Source: Chiloscyllium plagiosum (taxonomy: Eukaryota). From it: 39,967 nucleotides of DNA. Both the position numbers and the translations under genes were made by a program. This document shows, in pieces, positions 1 through 13,451 of the stretch. The notes under the pieces are model-generated. The model had not been told where the DNA came from and did no database searches. It saw nothing but the letters and a program-made list of their open reading frames with translations. Positions within the stretch are counted from its first letter, which is position 1; every line of letters starts with the position of its first letter. The DNA lies in NCBI RefSeq assembly GCF_004010195.1, contig NC_057719.1:29488822-29528788 (forward strand), written 5' to 3'.

Positions 1-665
1 ACCAATACATCTGGCTTCTGGCACTGAATATTTCCTACTTTAACAGCAGAAAAATAATTTAGAATTCACATTAAAAATATTTAAATTGGAACTGATGACC
101 AATAAACTGAGTTTGCGGACATAAAGAACTCCCACTCAGTAACAATGATTTCTTTGCATCTTTAAGCCCCAAATATGGGTCACAATCATTTATAAATAAA
201 AATAAAAAATGGAACAAAAAATAGATCTAATAAGTAACATCCCCTAATGTTAGGACAATGGATTTATGGAAAAACTCAAGATGCAAAAGTTAATACAAAT
301 AAACTAACACTCCCCATACAATTGTTTCAGTTTTAAAGTTTCCCTTCCAACTGAAGTGAAGAGAATCATTAAACTTCTCTGATGCAATTACAATATTGAA
401 TGTTTCATCTGTAACAGTGACAGCACGTTACAGTATATCAGTCTGATAGAGGTTTTCATGTTTATAACCAAGTTATATGATAAACTTAATCTTTAATCTT
501 GGTTGCATGGACTTGTGACCATTTCAAAATACTAGTGTGAAACAAAAGTAGATCAAAACTAACTTCAGCTCGAAAAAATAGATCAAAACCTAACCTGAGT
601 TTAGGAGTATTAAGTCATCAGATCATCAAGAACAACATTCAAACATAAAATAATTCTTCACCTAC

Positions 666-1029
666 CCAAACTGCCAGCAGAAAATGCTTTAGAAAATGCA
701 TTGGCCAGGTTGTGCATCATATGCTGATAATATACTGAATCAGGACAGACGCATGCAGCAGCACCCACAGATCCAGGCCAGCTCTTACTTGGTCTTGGAA
801 ATCCCACAAGAAACACTGGAAGTGTAAACAGGGGAAGTAAAGGCGCTGAAAGTGCTGAAGCAAGACCTATGACTGTCAGTACAACAGGGAACAGAATAAC
901 ATTTAATGTAATTATAAAGCTAGAAGACTTCCGGCGTTGCTTCTTTTCTGTCCAGGATGAGACAAGTACAGTCAAAGCAAATTTGAGCTTGGATGTTGCT
1001 TGAAAGAAACGATCTCTTATAATACCAAC
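666..1029 (-). CDS. PCNX4: PCNX4 coding exon 6 (364 nt); the gene continues beyond the window start
   Basis: VGIIRDRFFQATSKLKFALTVLVSSWTEKKQRRK...LLPLFTLPVFLVGFPRP...ACVCPDSVYY...AGSL(G). Acceptor TTTTGTAG|G, donor G|GTAGGT at 666/665. An alternative GT at 661 is less likely. Confidence 0.92.
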
Positions 1030-2327
1030 CTACAAAACAGGATTAAAAATATTAATTGTAGGACTTCTCAATTTTCAAATACAGTGACCAAAAGAATTAA
1101 TTTTTCTCTTTTTTTAACTTTAAATTCATTATGAATATTTATGTTTGTGCAATGTATATTTTCTAAACCCACTTGTATTTATTTGAAATCATTAACGTAG
1201 AAAATTCTAACACACTTTGTAACAACTTAAATTAGGCAAAAACCGTAAAGGAGAACTGAATCAAGACAGTTATGATTGTTGGACAACTGAAAGGAGAATA
1301 GTATTAAAAATATTTCTCTGCCCAGGTAAGTACAGTCAAAGTAAACTTCAGTAACTATCTGCAGTTTGGTTCTAACTTCTGAACACACTTAATATTAAGA
1401 AATCAGCATAAAAAGTATTAAAACTAGTGGCCTACAAATTAAAACATCTACTGCATAAATAGCTAGGTTAAATACTTATCAGTATAAACAAAAATATCAA
1501 AATTTCCACAAACAAAATAAATCAGAGATTCAGAAAGCATCAAGGCTCATATAGCCATTGCAGAGAAATCAGGAAATCCATGTTTTTCTCCAACACAGAG
1601 GGGCTTTGTGCATTGATTTCCAGTGAAACAAAACACAACCCAGGACATTATTTTTTCAATTTAAATATTACATATAATCTTTAGAGTCACTGGCTGAATG
1701 TAGATTGGGGCAGAACATGCAACTTTTCTGGTCCACAGTGTTCAGCATTTCAGTAACTCTCTAATTCTGTGGTAAAACAATTAACCTCATTTTCTAAAAG
1801 AAAAGGCCTATAACTGAGATAGTAACTGGAATTTTAAAACAAAATGCAAATACAATTTATATATACTGTGACAGATTTCACTGTACACTATTTTAAAAGC
1901 CTGATAGAGTCTTTTGGAAACTGATTTAAGTGACAATCAATTGGATGTATGACAAAAAGTTCTGGAATAAATTCTCTTCCTCATATCTGCAACAATACAA
2001 AAAGTAGAAAGAATAAAATATTTGCACCAAAATTGGGAAAACAAAGCAAGATAATAACCCAATATATTGTACAAGAATCATCATTTCAGAAAATGAAGAT
2101 TCCTTTCGAAAATATATTTGTTTTGGTAATATATATTCAGAGATGGACAGACAGAACCAGAACCTAACTTATAGTGAATAATTAAATATTATTAGCATTA
2201 TTTTCAGCTTCTGTATTTTATTGTAGATGTAAGATGATATTTTAAAAACATTTTCATATTTGCACTGAACACTTCTTTGCTCTGTGGAGGTCCATTAATT
2301 TTTTTTAAACGGTCTAATTATGGCTTA

Positions 2328-2546
<219 letters not shown>

Positions 2547-3489
2547 TTAAAGCAACCAAATACTGTTTTACAAAAGGAATTAAAAATAAAGACATGTTGT
2601 ATTATACAAACATCAATGATGGTTTATCATTAAATGGAGTTTTGATTTAGTAGTCAGCAGTGAATGAATTACGCTTACAGCTGCTCCCAAACCTTTCATG
2701 GGCTGTTGGGTAGCAACATGTAGTAACGAAGAGTCTGATACAATATAATGTCCTCTCTAGATGATCCACGACCTCTGAATAGGGCAAGCAATAGCGCATC
2801 TCTTCCATCAAGCGTACAGAAGGACTATTTACTAAGCTACAGAATATGAACCACGAAATATAATGAAGAATGTTTAATTCATTGTATAAAAAGTACAGAA
2901 AATAAAAGTCAGAAAGAAAAAGTGACAGAGCGAGAGAAAGAAGCATGAAAGAGTTAAATAAAATTGTTGCACAGTTATAAGATATTTAAAGTCTGAAGAA
3001 AGACATAGCAATTGTAGAAGGAAATTTCAGTGCTACACAATTTGACCTGTCACAGTTATTAATTTTCTTACAGAATTGTTGAAGAGAGTGTTAAAGTTTT
3101 ACATCTTGCCCTCGTTAAGAAAGAATCACAAGAAATAAGCAGGAGGTGCTGATTGGTTGGCAAGTGGACTCTGATAAAGATGTTGCCATGGAGAATGTAG
3201 CAAGGAACAGTTAATGGCCAAAACTTTGTTTAAATTGTCAATGCCTTGACCAATCAGAGCTGACACGTCTAGTTCAAATTTAAAGAAAAGCTTCACAATT
3301 ACCTGTTCCCTGTGCATTCTCCATGGCAACACCACTACCAGAAGTCAATGTGCCAACCAACCAAGCAATTGTTCCGTGCAATATAAATTGTTGTTCCCTT
3401 TGAGATTTGGAATAATGAGAGTAAGACTAAAGCTTCAACAGGAGTATTTTCTTCCGAGTCCTGTACTGCCAAGTTACAATTTACTTTCA

Positions 3490-3750
3490 TTTAAATTCGG
3501 TCCATTGAGCCCACACCGCCCCTCCAAAGAATATCATATCCAGACCACCACCCCCCACCTCGCCATAACCCTACATTTCCCACAGTTAACCTAACCTGAA
3601 CATCTTTGGACTGTAGGAGGAAACCTGAGGAAATCCATGCAGACACTATGAGAATGTGCACACTCCACACAGTCACCAGAGGCTCAAATTGAACCTGGGT
3701 CCCTGGTGCTGTGAGGCAGCATTGCTAACCACTCAGCAACCATGTTGCCT
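3490..3750 (-). mobile_element. tRNA-derived V-SINE (HE1-like shark SINE)
   Basis: The minus strand reads TGGTTAGCAATGCTGCCTCACAGCACCAGGGACCCAGGTTCAA (A/B boxes), then a V-domain-like GGTTTCCTCCTACAGTCCAAAGATG. Confidence 0.8.
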
Positions 3751-4809
3751 AGTAAATTAAAGAATTCCCATTATTTGCACATTTACTTGGTATGCCATCA
3801 AATTCTTGTTTTGTGTTTGAAAGTAGTGTCTCTTAGCAAGATAAGCAACAATCAAGGAGGAGCAGTGCAAACTGGACAGCAACTTCATGATTTTTACACT
3901 TAGGATTTTGCAGTCTCCATAAATTTTCTGATTTAACCCTTAATAATGTTGACTGCTGAAAGCCTCAGCTTTGACCTGAATCTTTAAATTTTGATAGTGG
4001 TGGACACTAAGATGGTCTCCACTATTAAGAGCTGCACTTATACTCAAGTGGAGAAGTGGCAATGCATCTTAATGGGATCTGGAGGAATCTTGGCAGAGTC
4101 GTCAACCATGAGCAGTCATTTGGGAACTTGGGCTAATTTTCCAGCAGTTAAAATTCTTTGCAAAGCTACTTTTTTGCCTCGGACTGCACCCCATTTGCTC
4201 ACATCCCTATAAATTAACAGGATTATCAAACAACAAGCCCAACTCTGTTCCCCTCCCACACTCAGGGCTCCTCAGTCCCAAAGATATTCAGAAACAGCAT
4301 TGGGGAGGAGCTTAACAACTCTCCTCAAAATGCTGTTTCTGATATCGTGTCAGAAAAGCTGGTTTGGAGTCAAGCCAGGTAGATCCCTGAGGGTGCACAC
4401 CTTGGGTGTGGTGTTTGTGTGGAAAGGAGCCAAGGCTGTGGGACTATAATTAAAACAGGCACAGCCACATTGTCAGGTTACAAATTACAAAGAATGAGCT
4501 GAATAGACCTCCAGGACCTTGTGCTTATGACATAAAAAGAGACATTGCTTTGCCACTAAGGCACCACATCAACAGGCCTCCCTATTAACTTTGACATTAC
4601 AGACATACTGCAGTGGAAAGAACAAGTTTCTGCTGGAGCCTACAACCAAGATTGGGTTGTCTTCATAAAGTCAGCAGCAAAGACTGACTGCAAGATCATG
4701 TCCATTAATCCTACTGCATAGTCTGGGCCCTTAGTACATGTCACTCAGAGCCACATAGCTCTTCTTGTGGTCTTCAGGTTAAAGACACCACATAGATCAT
4801 TACTAATCT

Positions 4810-6075
4810 AGAACACAGAACAGTACAGCACAGTACAGGGCCTTGATGTTGTGCTGACCTTTTACTCCTACTCTAAAAGCAGACAAACCTACATACCTTC
4901 ATGTATTATCATCCATATGCCTATCCAAGAGTCGCTTAAATGTCCCTAATGTATCTGTCTTTACCACTGCTGGCTGTGCATTCAATGCACCCACCACTCT
5001 CTGAGTAAAGAACCTATCTCTGACATCTCCCCTAAACCTTCCTCCAATCACCTTAAAACTATCAGAGAAAATGCTGGAAAATCTCAGCAGGTCTGTCAGC
5101 ATCTGTAAGGAGAGAAAAGAGCTGATGTTTCGAGTCTAACTGACCTTTTGTCAAAGCAGATTCTTTACACCTTAAAACTATGCCCTCTTGTGATAGACAT
5201 TTCCACCATGGGAAAAAGTCTCTGGCTATCCACTCTATTTATGCCCCTCATCATCTTGTACATCTCTATCAAGTCACCTCTCATCCTTCTTTGCTCCAAT
5301 GAATAAAGTCCTAGCTCCCTCAACCTTTCCTCATAAGACATGCTCTCCAGTCCAGGCAGCATCCTGGTAAATCTCCTCTGTACCCTGTCTAAAGCTTCCA
5401 CATCTTTCCTGTAATGAGGTGACCAGAACTCAACACAATACTCCAAGTGTAGTCTAACCAGGACTCTACAGAGCTGCAGCATAACCTCGCGGCTCTTAAA
5501 CCCAATCCTCCTGCTACTGAAAGCCAACACACCATACACCTTCTTTACAACCCTATCAACTTGGATGGCAACTTTGAGGGATCTATGGACATGGACTCAA
5601 AGATCCCTCTGTTCCTCCACACTGCCAAGAATCCTGCCTTTGAGCCTGTAATGCGCATTCAAATTCGACCTTCCAAAGTGAATCACTTCACACTTTTCCA
5701 GATTGCACTCCATCTGCCACTTATAAGTCCAGTTCTGCATCCTGTCAATGGTCTGTTGCAACTTACAACAGCCCTTCACACTATCCACAACTCCACCAGC
5801 CTTCATGTCATTGGCAAACTTACTAATCTACCCTTCCACTTCCTCATCCATGTCATTTATAAAAATCACAAAGAGCAGAGGTCACAGAACCGATTCCTGC
5901 GAAACACCATGAGTCACCAAGCTCCAGGCTGATAACTTTCCATCTACCACCACTCTCTATCTTCTATTGGCCAGCCAATCTTTTATCCAGTCACCCAGAT
6001 TTCCCTAGATCCCATGCCTCCTTACATTCTGAATGAGCCTACCATGGGGATTCTTATCAAACACCTTGCTAAAAC
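4810..6075 (-). mobile_element. CR1 LINE 3' fragment (decayed RT C-terminus and 3'UTR), interrupted at 5063-5167
   Basis: ORF pieces RLHLEYCVEFWSPHYRKDVEALDRVQRRFTRMLPG, KCEVIHFGRSN and RFFTQRVV are typical of CR1 ORF2. Confidence 0.9.
5063..5167 (-). mobile_element. 105-bp PLE-terminus-derived insert with a degenerate hammerhead motif
   Basis: Flanked by the 14-bp direct repeat CACCTTAAAACTAT (5049-5062 and 5168-5181). Minus strand 5157-5121 reads GCT TTGACAA AAGGTCAGTTAGACTC GAAACATC AGC. Confidence 0.75.
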
Positions 6076-6903
6076 TCATGTATCACTGAGGCAAGGAAAG
6101 GAAGGTAGGTTGAAAGAAGGGATGGTGGGTGACAAGGGATGGAGAACATCTAGTCTAGAGGAAGGAGTAAGCTTACTTAAGATTGAGGAAGCAAGGATCA
6201 GACAGGATTTTAGAGAGTTACAAGCTAGCCAATCTAGAAGACCCCAAGTGTGTTGTCTGTGCTGAGTTACCAATTTTAACCAGAAAAACAGATCAAATGC
6301 TATAAGCAGCCACAAAATTCTTGGGAATAGTGCTATCAAAGGAACCTGTTGGACATTATTGGATTCAGCTGTCACACCCTTCACAGAAACAACCGACAGT
6401 CATTTACACCTTTCCTCAAACAATCTTGGCAAAGACCTGGGAATCTGCCAACATCCTTGTAAACATGCCTCAGCATGAGTCTCAGTATTTGCAGCAGAGA
6501 GAAAAAAAATGGCAAATCCATTTTAAAGGCACCAGGAATAAAATGAATTTGCAGAGTGACTCAGCTTTAAAGAGCAATTTCCTCTTTGTGACCGAAACCA
6601 GTTTACTGCCTCTGCTGGACAATAAAACCAAAATACACATTTTTAAAAATTCCCCTTGATGTTTGTTGCTAAAATATGGATAGTTCTCTAAAGGCTGTCA
6701 GACTGGATGGAAATTTTTAGTCACTTTTAACATTCAATAGAGGATCTTTTCTGCAGTTTAGAATATAACCCGCCTACGGAACTAATGTTTAGTCAATGTG
6801 GCTTTTAGTTTGTGTGTTACAGTAAAAGACTTGAAACTTGAAATCTTGCATAAATTGATTAAATTGATCACCAGGAATTCAATATTTTTTAAAGAAGTTA
6901 TTA

Positions 6904-7092
<189 letters not shown>

Positions 7093-7344
7093 TCACATTT
7101 CACGTATACAGACTGGTTCACTACTAAGCTTCTAGCATTTCAAAAGGATAACATTGATCAAGTAAAGACTCTTGTTCATTCTGATCCTGACAAATTCTCT
7201 ACACACATTACAGTACATTTATATAGCAAATAACTGTCAACAGCCAGAACTTGAAAATAGGAAACAAAATCCATCTACCAAAAATGTTTCCAACAGATTC
7301 TCAATGCTATGTTAATGAGATCAAGTCAATTCATTAATACAGTT

Positions 7345-8430
7345 AGAGAATCATACAGCACAGAAGCAGGCCCTTCAGCCCAACTTGCCCATGGTGACCA
7401 GGTTTCATTAACTGAACTGATCCCATTTCCTTTCATTTGGCCCATATCCCTCTCAACCTTTCTTATCCACGTACCTGCCCAAAAGTCTTTTAAATGTTGT
7501 AACTGTACCACCTTGACCACGTCTTTTGGCACCTTGACCCTCATCAAATCCTTTTCAAATCCTTCTCCTCTCACCTTAAACCTATGCACCTATATAGTTT
7601 TGGAGTCCTAGGGAAAAGACCTTGGCGATTCATCTTATCTATGCCTTTTATGATTTTATAAACCTCTATAAGATCATCCCACAGCTTCCAATGTTCCAAG
7701 GAAAATGTCCCAGTCTATCCAGCTTCTTCTTATAACTCAAAGCTTCCAGTCTCGATAACATCTTTGTAAATATATTTTGTGCCCTTCCAGTTTAATTCTC
7801 AACTCCTTTTCTCAATGCTCTGACCGATGAAGGCAAGTATGCCAAATACCTTCTTCACCATCCTGTCTATCTACGATGCCACTTCCAAGGAACTATGTAT
7901 CTGCACCCCTAGGTAGCTCTGTTCGACAATACTCCCCAGGGCCCTAGCACTAATTGTGTAAGTCCTGCTCTGGTTTGTCTTACCAAAATGCAAAATCTCA
8001 CATTTATCTGCATTAAACTCCGTCTGCTATTCCTCAGTCCAGTTGATCAAGATCCCATTATACTCTTAAATAATCTTCTTCACTGTCCACTATACCACCA
8101 ATGTTGGTGTTATCTGCAAACTTACTAACCATGCCTCCTATATTCTTATCCAAATTATTAATATAAATGACAAACAACAGTGGACCCAGTACCAATCTAC
8201 TGGTCACACGCCTCCTACCTGAACAACAACTCTCTACCACTACCCTCTGTCTCCTACCATGAAACAATTTTGGGTATCCAATTGGCAGCTCTCTATGGAA
8301 TTTCACATGATCTAACTTTACTAATGGAGTCTACTATGTGTCACCCTGTTGAAGGCCTTGGTAATGTCCAGTGAGACAATGTCTACAGCTCAACCTTCAT
8401 CTACTTTTTTGGTCACCTCTTCAAAAAACA
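7345..8430 (-). mobile_element. CR1 LINE 3' fragment
   Basis: LGPLLFVIYINNLD...SKFADNT RT motif, followed by a CR1-type 3'UTR. Confidence 0.88.
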
Positions 8431-8754
8431 AACTCTAACAGCATTGAGTTTTGAATAAGGAATATTTGAAGAAAATCCTATGTCACCATTCTGGAGCACT
8501 GTGCTAAATTACAAAGTGTAGTATCACTGTATCTATTGGGGTCTTGAGCATTAGTTTTACTCTGTAATATAATTTGTCTTTTCATTTCACCTTCAGATGG
8601 AAAGATTGTGATGGCTCTCAATACAAATATGTAATTGTGTACTAAATTAATTACTACTTGCAGACAAAAATCGATTAAGCGAAAGAGAAAAATTAAAAAT
8701 ACAATGTATAAATAAGTTAGACAATTTAATCTATTACCATTTCAGGTAACTTAC

Positions 8755-9275
8755 TGAGATTAAGGAGAATCCTTTGAATAAAGCCAAACTTCATCAATAT
8801 TGCTCGTTTCTGCTCAAAAAGTCTCACAGTTCTTAAAACTTTAGGGAATAAAGGATTTCGAAAGAATCCAAAGAGGACATATGCACCTTGAATTTCTTGG
8901 AAAATCTTCCATATTACCAAAGTCGCTATCAGAATATAGCTTATTACAGTCTGAGGACTTATTTTAAATGCAGTTGATCTTCTTACAAAGAAATGTAATA
9001 AGCCAGCTTCAACAAGTGTCACTATTAGAAGACTAATATAGATCAAGGCTTCCTTCCAGCCAAGACGCCATCCAATTCGTTTACCAAAGTATTTAGGATA
9101 TTCCAATGAGGCATGAGTTGTCCTGCAGCAGAATCTGAATAAAGTATCAGCTTGGCTGAGATCAAGGCTCAGTATAAATCCCATTCCTGTTGTGAACAGC
9201 ACAACACCAAGTGTGCTGGGAATAAAGAATGTTGCAATCACCACTCCAACAGACACAATAAACATAGCCAACAGC
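8755..9275 (-). CDS. PCNX4: PCNX4 coding exon 3 (521 nt)
   Basis: (R)LLAMFIVSVGVVIATFFIPSTLGVVLFTTGMGFILSLDLS...FRNPLFPK...IQRILLNL. Acceptor TTTTTATTTCTGCAG|G, donor A|GTAAGT. Phase 2/1. Confidence 0.95.
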
Positions 9276-9574
9276 CTGCAGAAATAAAAAATGTAGATGT
9301 AAACCCAAACATGTGAGGTCAACATTAATTTTTTTTTCCAATTTTCTACTATGCATGTAATGATGTGGCCACAAATTCGGTAACTGTGCGACCTGCATAT
9401 AAGCAGTGGCGATTAGGCAAAGACAATATTACCATACACCAGCTGAATTTCTGTCATGTTATGAACACAAAGTAAAAATTTGATTGAACCAGGAATCAGA
9501 CTAGTTTGGATCTGTTAATGTGGAACAAGGCAGTTTTAATAAATCATGTCAGAGTAAAATTTATAAGAGTAGAT

Positions 9575-9835
9575 GATGGCAGAGTGGTTCTATTGCTAGA
9601 CTATTAATTCAGAAGCCCAGGTAATGTTCTGGGGACCTGGGTTTGAAACCTGCCATACCAGATGTTGGAATTTGAATTCAATAATAATCTGGAAATAAGA
9701 GTCTAATGATGACTATGAAACCACTGATGATTGTCAGTAAAAATCCATTTAATTTACTAATGTCCTTCAGGGAAGGAAACTGCCATCCTTACCTGGTCTG
9801 GCCTACATGTGACCTCTGACCAACAGCCATGTGTT
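9575..9835 (+). mobile_element. tRNA-derived SINE, DeuSINE/SacSINE1-like
   Basis: Head GGCAGAGTGG...GGGTTTGAAACC, then ACTAATGTCCTTCAGGGAAGGAAACTGCCATCCTTACCTGGTCTGGCCTACATGTGAC. A homologous copy lies at 26262-26600. Confidence 0.6.
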
Positions 9836-9956
9836 GGCATGCTTGCTTTCATTGATCAAAACATTTGTGTAAAGGAGTTGGCATATCATGTTGTGGCTGT
9901 ACAGGACATCGGTGAGGCCAATTTTAGAATACGGTGTACAATTCTAGTCACCATAT

Positions 9957-11410
9957 TGAGTCATAGAGATACACAGCATTGAAGCAGACCCTTAGGTCCA
10001 ACTCCTGCATGCCGACCAGATATCCTAAATAAATCTCGTCCCATTTGCCAGCATTTGGCCCATATCCAACTAAACCTTTCCTATTCATATACCGATCTAG
10101 ATGCCTATTAAATGTTGTAATTATACCAGTCTCTACCACTTCTTCTGGCAGCTCAGTCCATATATGCACTACCTTCTGCATGTCCTTTTTAAATCCTTCC
10201 AGTCTCACCCTAAACCTATGCCCTCTAGTTTTGAACTTCCCCAGCCCGGGGAAAAGACCTGGTCTATTTATCTTGAATATGCCCCTTATGATTTTATAAA
10301 CCTCTATATAAGGTCAGCCCTCAGCCTCCGACACTCCAGGGAAAATAGCTCCAGTCTATTCAGCTTCTCCCTATACCTCAAATCCTCCAGCCCCAGCAAC
10401 GTCCTTGTAAATCTTTTCTGAACCCTTTCAAGTTTCACAACATCCTTCCTATAGCAGGAAAACCAGAATTGCAAGCAGTATTCCAAGTGCAACCTGTGCA
10501 GCTGCAACATGACCTCCCAACTCATTTACTCAATGCACTGACCAATAAAGGCAAACTTACAAACACCTTCTTCACTATCCAATCTGCCCACGACTCCACT
10601 TTCAAGGTAATATGAACCTGTACTCCAAGGTCTATTTGTTCAGCAAAACTCCCCAGGACCTTACTATTAAGTGCATCAGTCCTGCCCTGATTTGCCTTTC
10701 CAAAATGCAGCACCTCACATTTATCTAAATTAAATTCCATCTGCTACTCCTCAGCCCTTTGGTCCATCTGATCAAGATCCTGTTGTACTCAGAGGTAACC
10801 TTCTTTACTGTCCACTACGCCTCTAATTTTGGTGTAATCTGCAAACTTACTAAACATACCTCTTATGTTCACTTCTAAATCATTTATATAAATGATGAAA
10901 AGCATTAGACCTAGCATACATCCTTGTGGCACACCACTGGTTACAACAGGCCTTCTGTCTGAATAGCAACCCTCCACGAGCACCCTCTGTCTTCTACCTT
11001 CAAGCCAATTCCATACCTAAATAGCTAGTTCTCCCTCCATTCCATGTGATCTAAGTTTATTAACATTTCTACCAGGAGGAACCTTGCCGAACGCCTTACT
11101 GAAGTCCTTATAGATCACATGCACCGCTCTGCCCTCATTGTTACTTCTCCAAAAAACTCAATCAAATTTGAGAGACATAATTTCCCATACACAAAGCCAT
11201 GTTGACTATCCCTAATTAGTCCTTGCCTTTCCAAGATTCTCTCCAACAACTTACCACCACTGATATCAGGCTCACTACTCTATAGTTCTCTGGCTTTTCC
11301 TTAACACTTTTCTTATAGACTGGCACCGTGTTAGGCAACCTCCAGTCTTCCAGCACCTCACCTGTGGCTATCAATTCTACAAATTCTCAACAAGGTGTCC
11401 AGCAATCACT
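9957..11410 (-). mobile_element. CR1 LINE fragment inserted into an older plus-strand CR1 piece (about 9835-9955 and 11412-11600)
   Basis: RT motifs VTSGVPQG...FSKFADYT and HLEYCLQFW. The plus-strand flanks rejoin as contiguous CR1 sequence (…CAATTCTAGTCACC | …GTTGCTGAACTTGAAAGG…). Confidence 0.88.
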
Positions 11411-11608
11411 TAGAATGTTGCTGAACTTGAAAGGATGCAGTAACGATTTACAAGGATGTTGCCAAGACTGGACAGCTTGAGGTATAGGGACAGGCTGAAT
11501 AGGCTGGGGCTTTATTTCGTTAGAGCTTTGGAGGCTGAGGGGTGACCTTATAGAGGTTTATGAAATCATGAGGGGCATGGATAGGGTAAATAGTTAAGGG
11601 GTGGGGTT

Positions 11609-11646
11609 AGTTCTGAGGAAGGGTCACCAGACCAGAAACATTAACT
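11609..11646 (+). ncRNA. Minimal hammerhead-ribozyme-like motif in a PLE-terminus fragment (about 11605-11710)
   Basis: AGTT CTGAGGA AG GGTC ACCA GACC A GAAACATT AACT. Helix I AGTT/AACT, CUGANGA core, helix II GGTC/GACC and GAAA are all visible. Confidence 0.6.
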
Positions 11647-11769
11647 TTGATTTCTCTTCACAGATGCTGCCGCACCTGCTAAGATTTTCCAGCAGCTTTT
11701 TATTTCCTCTGTTCTGCAGCTTTCTTCAGTTTTTCTCCACTTAAATAACATTTAGCTCCACTGTCCTTT

Positions 11770-12300
11770 TGCCAAAGTACTGAGGTACTGTGTGCAGTTT
11801 TCATCTCCTTATTTGAGGGAGGAATGCTTTGGCTGTGGAGGTATTGCAACAAAGGTTTCCCAGACTGGTTTGTAGGATGGCATTACTGATGTTATGATCA
11901 ATTAGGACTATATTTACTGGAGTTTAGAAGAATGAAGATGAAGTCTCATAGAAACCTATAAAATTCTAACAGGACTTAACAGTGTAAATGCAGGATAACT
12001 GCAGAGTTTAGAACCAGGGGTCACAGTCAAAGGTTTAGAGGGTAGGCCATTTAGTACTGACATGAAGAGAAATTTCTTTAGAGAGTGGTGAGCCTCTCTG
12101 TCACAGAATTCAGTTAAGAGCAAAAATTAAATGTTTTCAAAAAAAACGTTAGGTATAGTTTTTAGGCTAAAGGTAATAAGGGAGATGGGGAGAAAGTCAA
12201 AAAATAAGTTGGCTGATCAGCCATGATCTTACTGAAGGGTGGAACAGGCTCAAAGGGCTGAATGGCCCACCCTTCCATCTAGTTTCTATGTTTCTATTCA
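11770..12300 (+). mobile_element. Decayed CR1 LINE 3' end
   Basis: TACTGTGTGCAGTTTT…, AGAACCAGGGGTCACAGT and a CR1 3'UTR with AAGGGCTGAATGGCC and a TTTCTATG repeat tail. Confidence 0.8.
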
Positions 12301-13009
12301 GTCTAGTCTGAAAAACATTTTTTGTTACTTCACGAAAAGTAGTGGAACTCAGTCTCCATAAGGCTATTAGGAGAGTCGAAATTGAAGATCAAATCATTAG
12401 ATTTTTATTAAGTAAGATATAATGGAAAAAGCCAGATAAATAAAGTTTAGTTTCAAATCAATCATGTGCTAAACTGATCACAGAACGGATTTCACCGATT
12501 GAAATACCAACTGGAACATCCAATGTTCTACTTTAAAATGGCTGTTACCTTTAAATATAAAACTACTGAAAAATACTTAAGCTCTATCAAGAATAGGTGG
12601 GACTGAAGATAGAACACAGAAGAGAGAGACCAGTACAGCATAGTACAGGCCCTTTGCGCACGATGTTGTGTCAAGCATTTATCTTAAAGATCTAAGATCA
12701 ACTTAATCTACACACACCTCAAATTACTGCCATCCATGTGCTTATCTAGCAGACACTTAAATGTCCCTAATGCCTCTGACTCTACCACACTGCTGGCAGT
12801 GAATTCCACGCACCCACTATTCGGAGTGTAAAGAACATCTCCCCATACCTCCCTCCAATCACCTTAAAATTATGACCCCTCGTGACAGCCATTTCTGCCC
12901 TGGGGAAAGTTCTGTGGCAAAAACAATGACTGCAGATGCTGGAAACCAGATTCTGGATCAGTGGTGCTGGAAGAGCACAGCAGTTCAGGCAGCATCCAAC
13001 GAGCAGCGA

Positions 13010-13045
13010 AATCGACATTTCGGGCAAAAGCCCTTCATCAGGAAT
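13010..13045 (-). ncRNA. Minimal hammerhead-ribozyme-like motif
   Basis: ATTC CTGATGA A GGGC TTTT GCCC GAA ATGT C GATT. Confidence 0.65.
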
Positions 13046-13415
13046 AAAGTGAAGGGCTTATGCCCAAAACGTCAATTCTCCTGCTCCTTGGATGCTGCCT
13101 GACCTGCTGTGCTTCTCCAGCACTACACTCTCTACACTTAGAATATTATGTCCAGTTCTGGTCGCCCCATTATGCAAAGGATGTAGATGCTTTAGAGAGG
13201 GTGCAGAGGAGATTTACCAGGATGCTGCCTGGATTGGTGGGCTTGTCTATGAAGAGAGGATGAGCGAGCTTGGATTTTTCACACTGGAGAGAAGAAGGGA
13301 GGGGACTTGATAGAGGTGTACAAGGTAATGAGAGGCATAGATAGATAGCCACAGAATTTTGGATAAGTGGTGCTGGAAGAGCACAGCAGTTCAGGCAGCA
13401 TCCAACGAGCAGCGA

Positions 13416-13451
13416 AATCAATGTTTCGGGCAAAAGCCCTTCATCAGGAAT
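13416..13451 (-). ncRNA. Minimal hammerhead-ribozyme-like motif
   Basis: ATTC CTGATGA A GGGC TTTT GCCC GAA ACAT T GATT. Confidence 0.6.

Noticed and set aside
1..660. Next PCNX4 exon
   Set aside because: I found no matching reading frame in this AT-rich stretch, so it is treated as intron.
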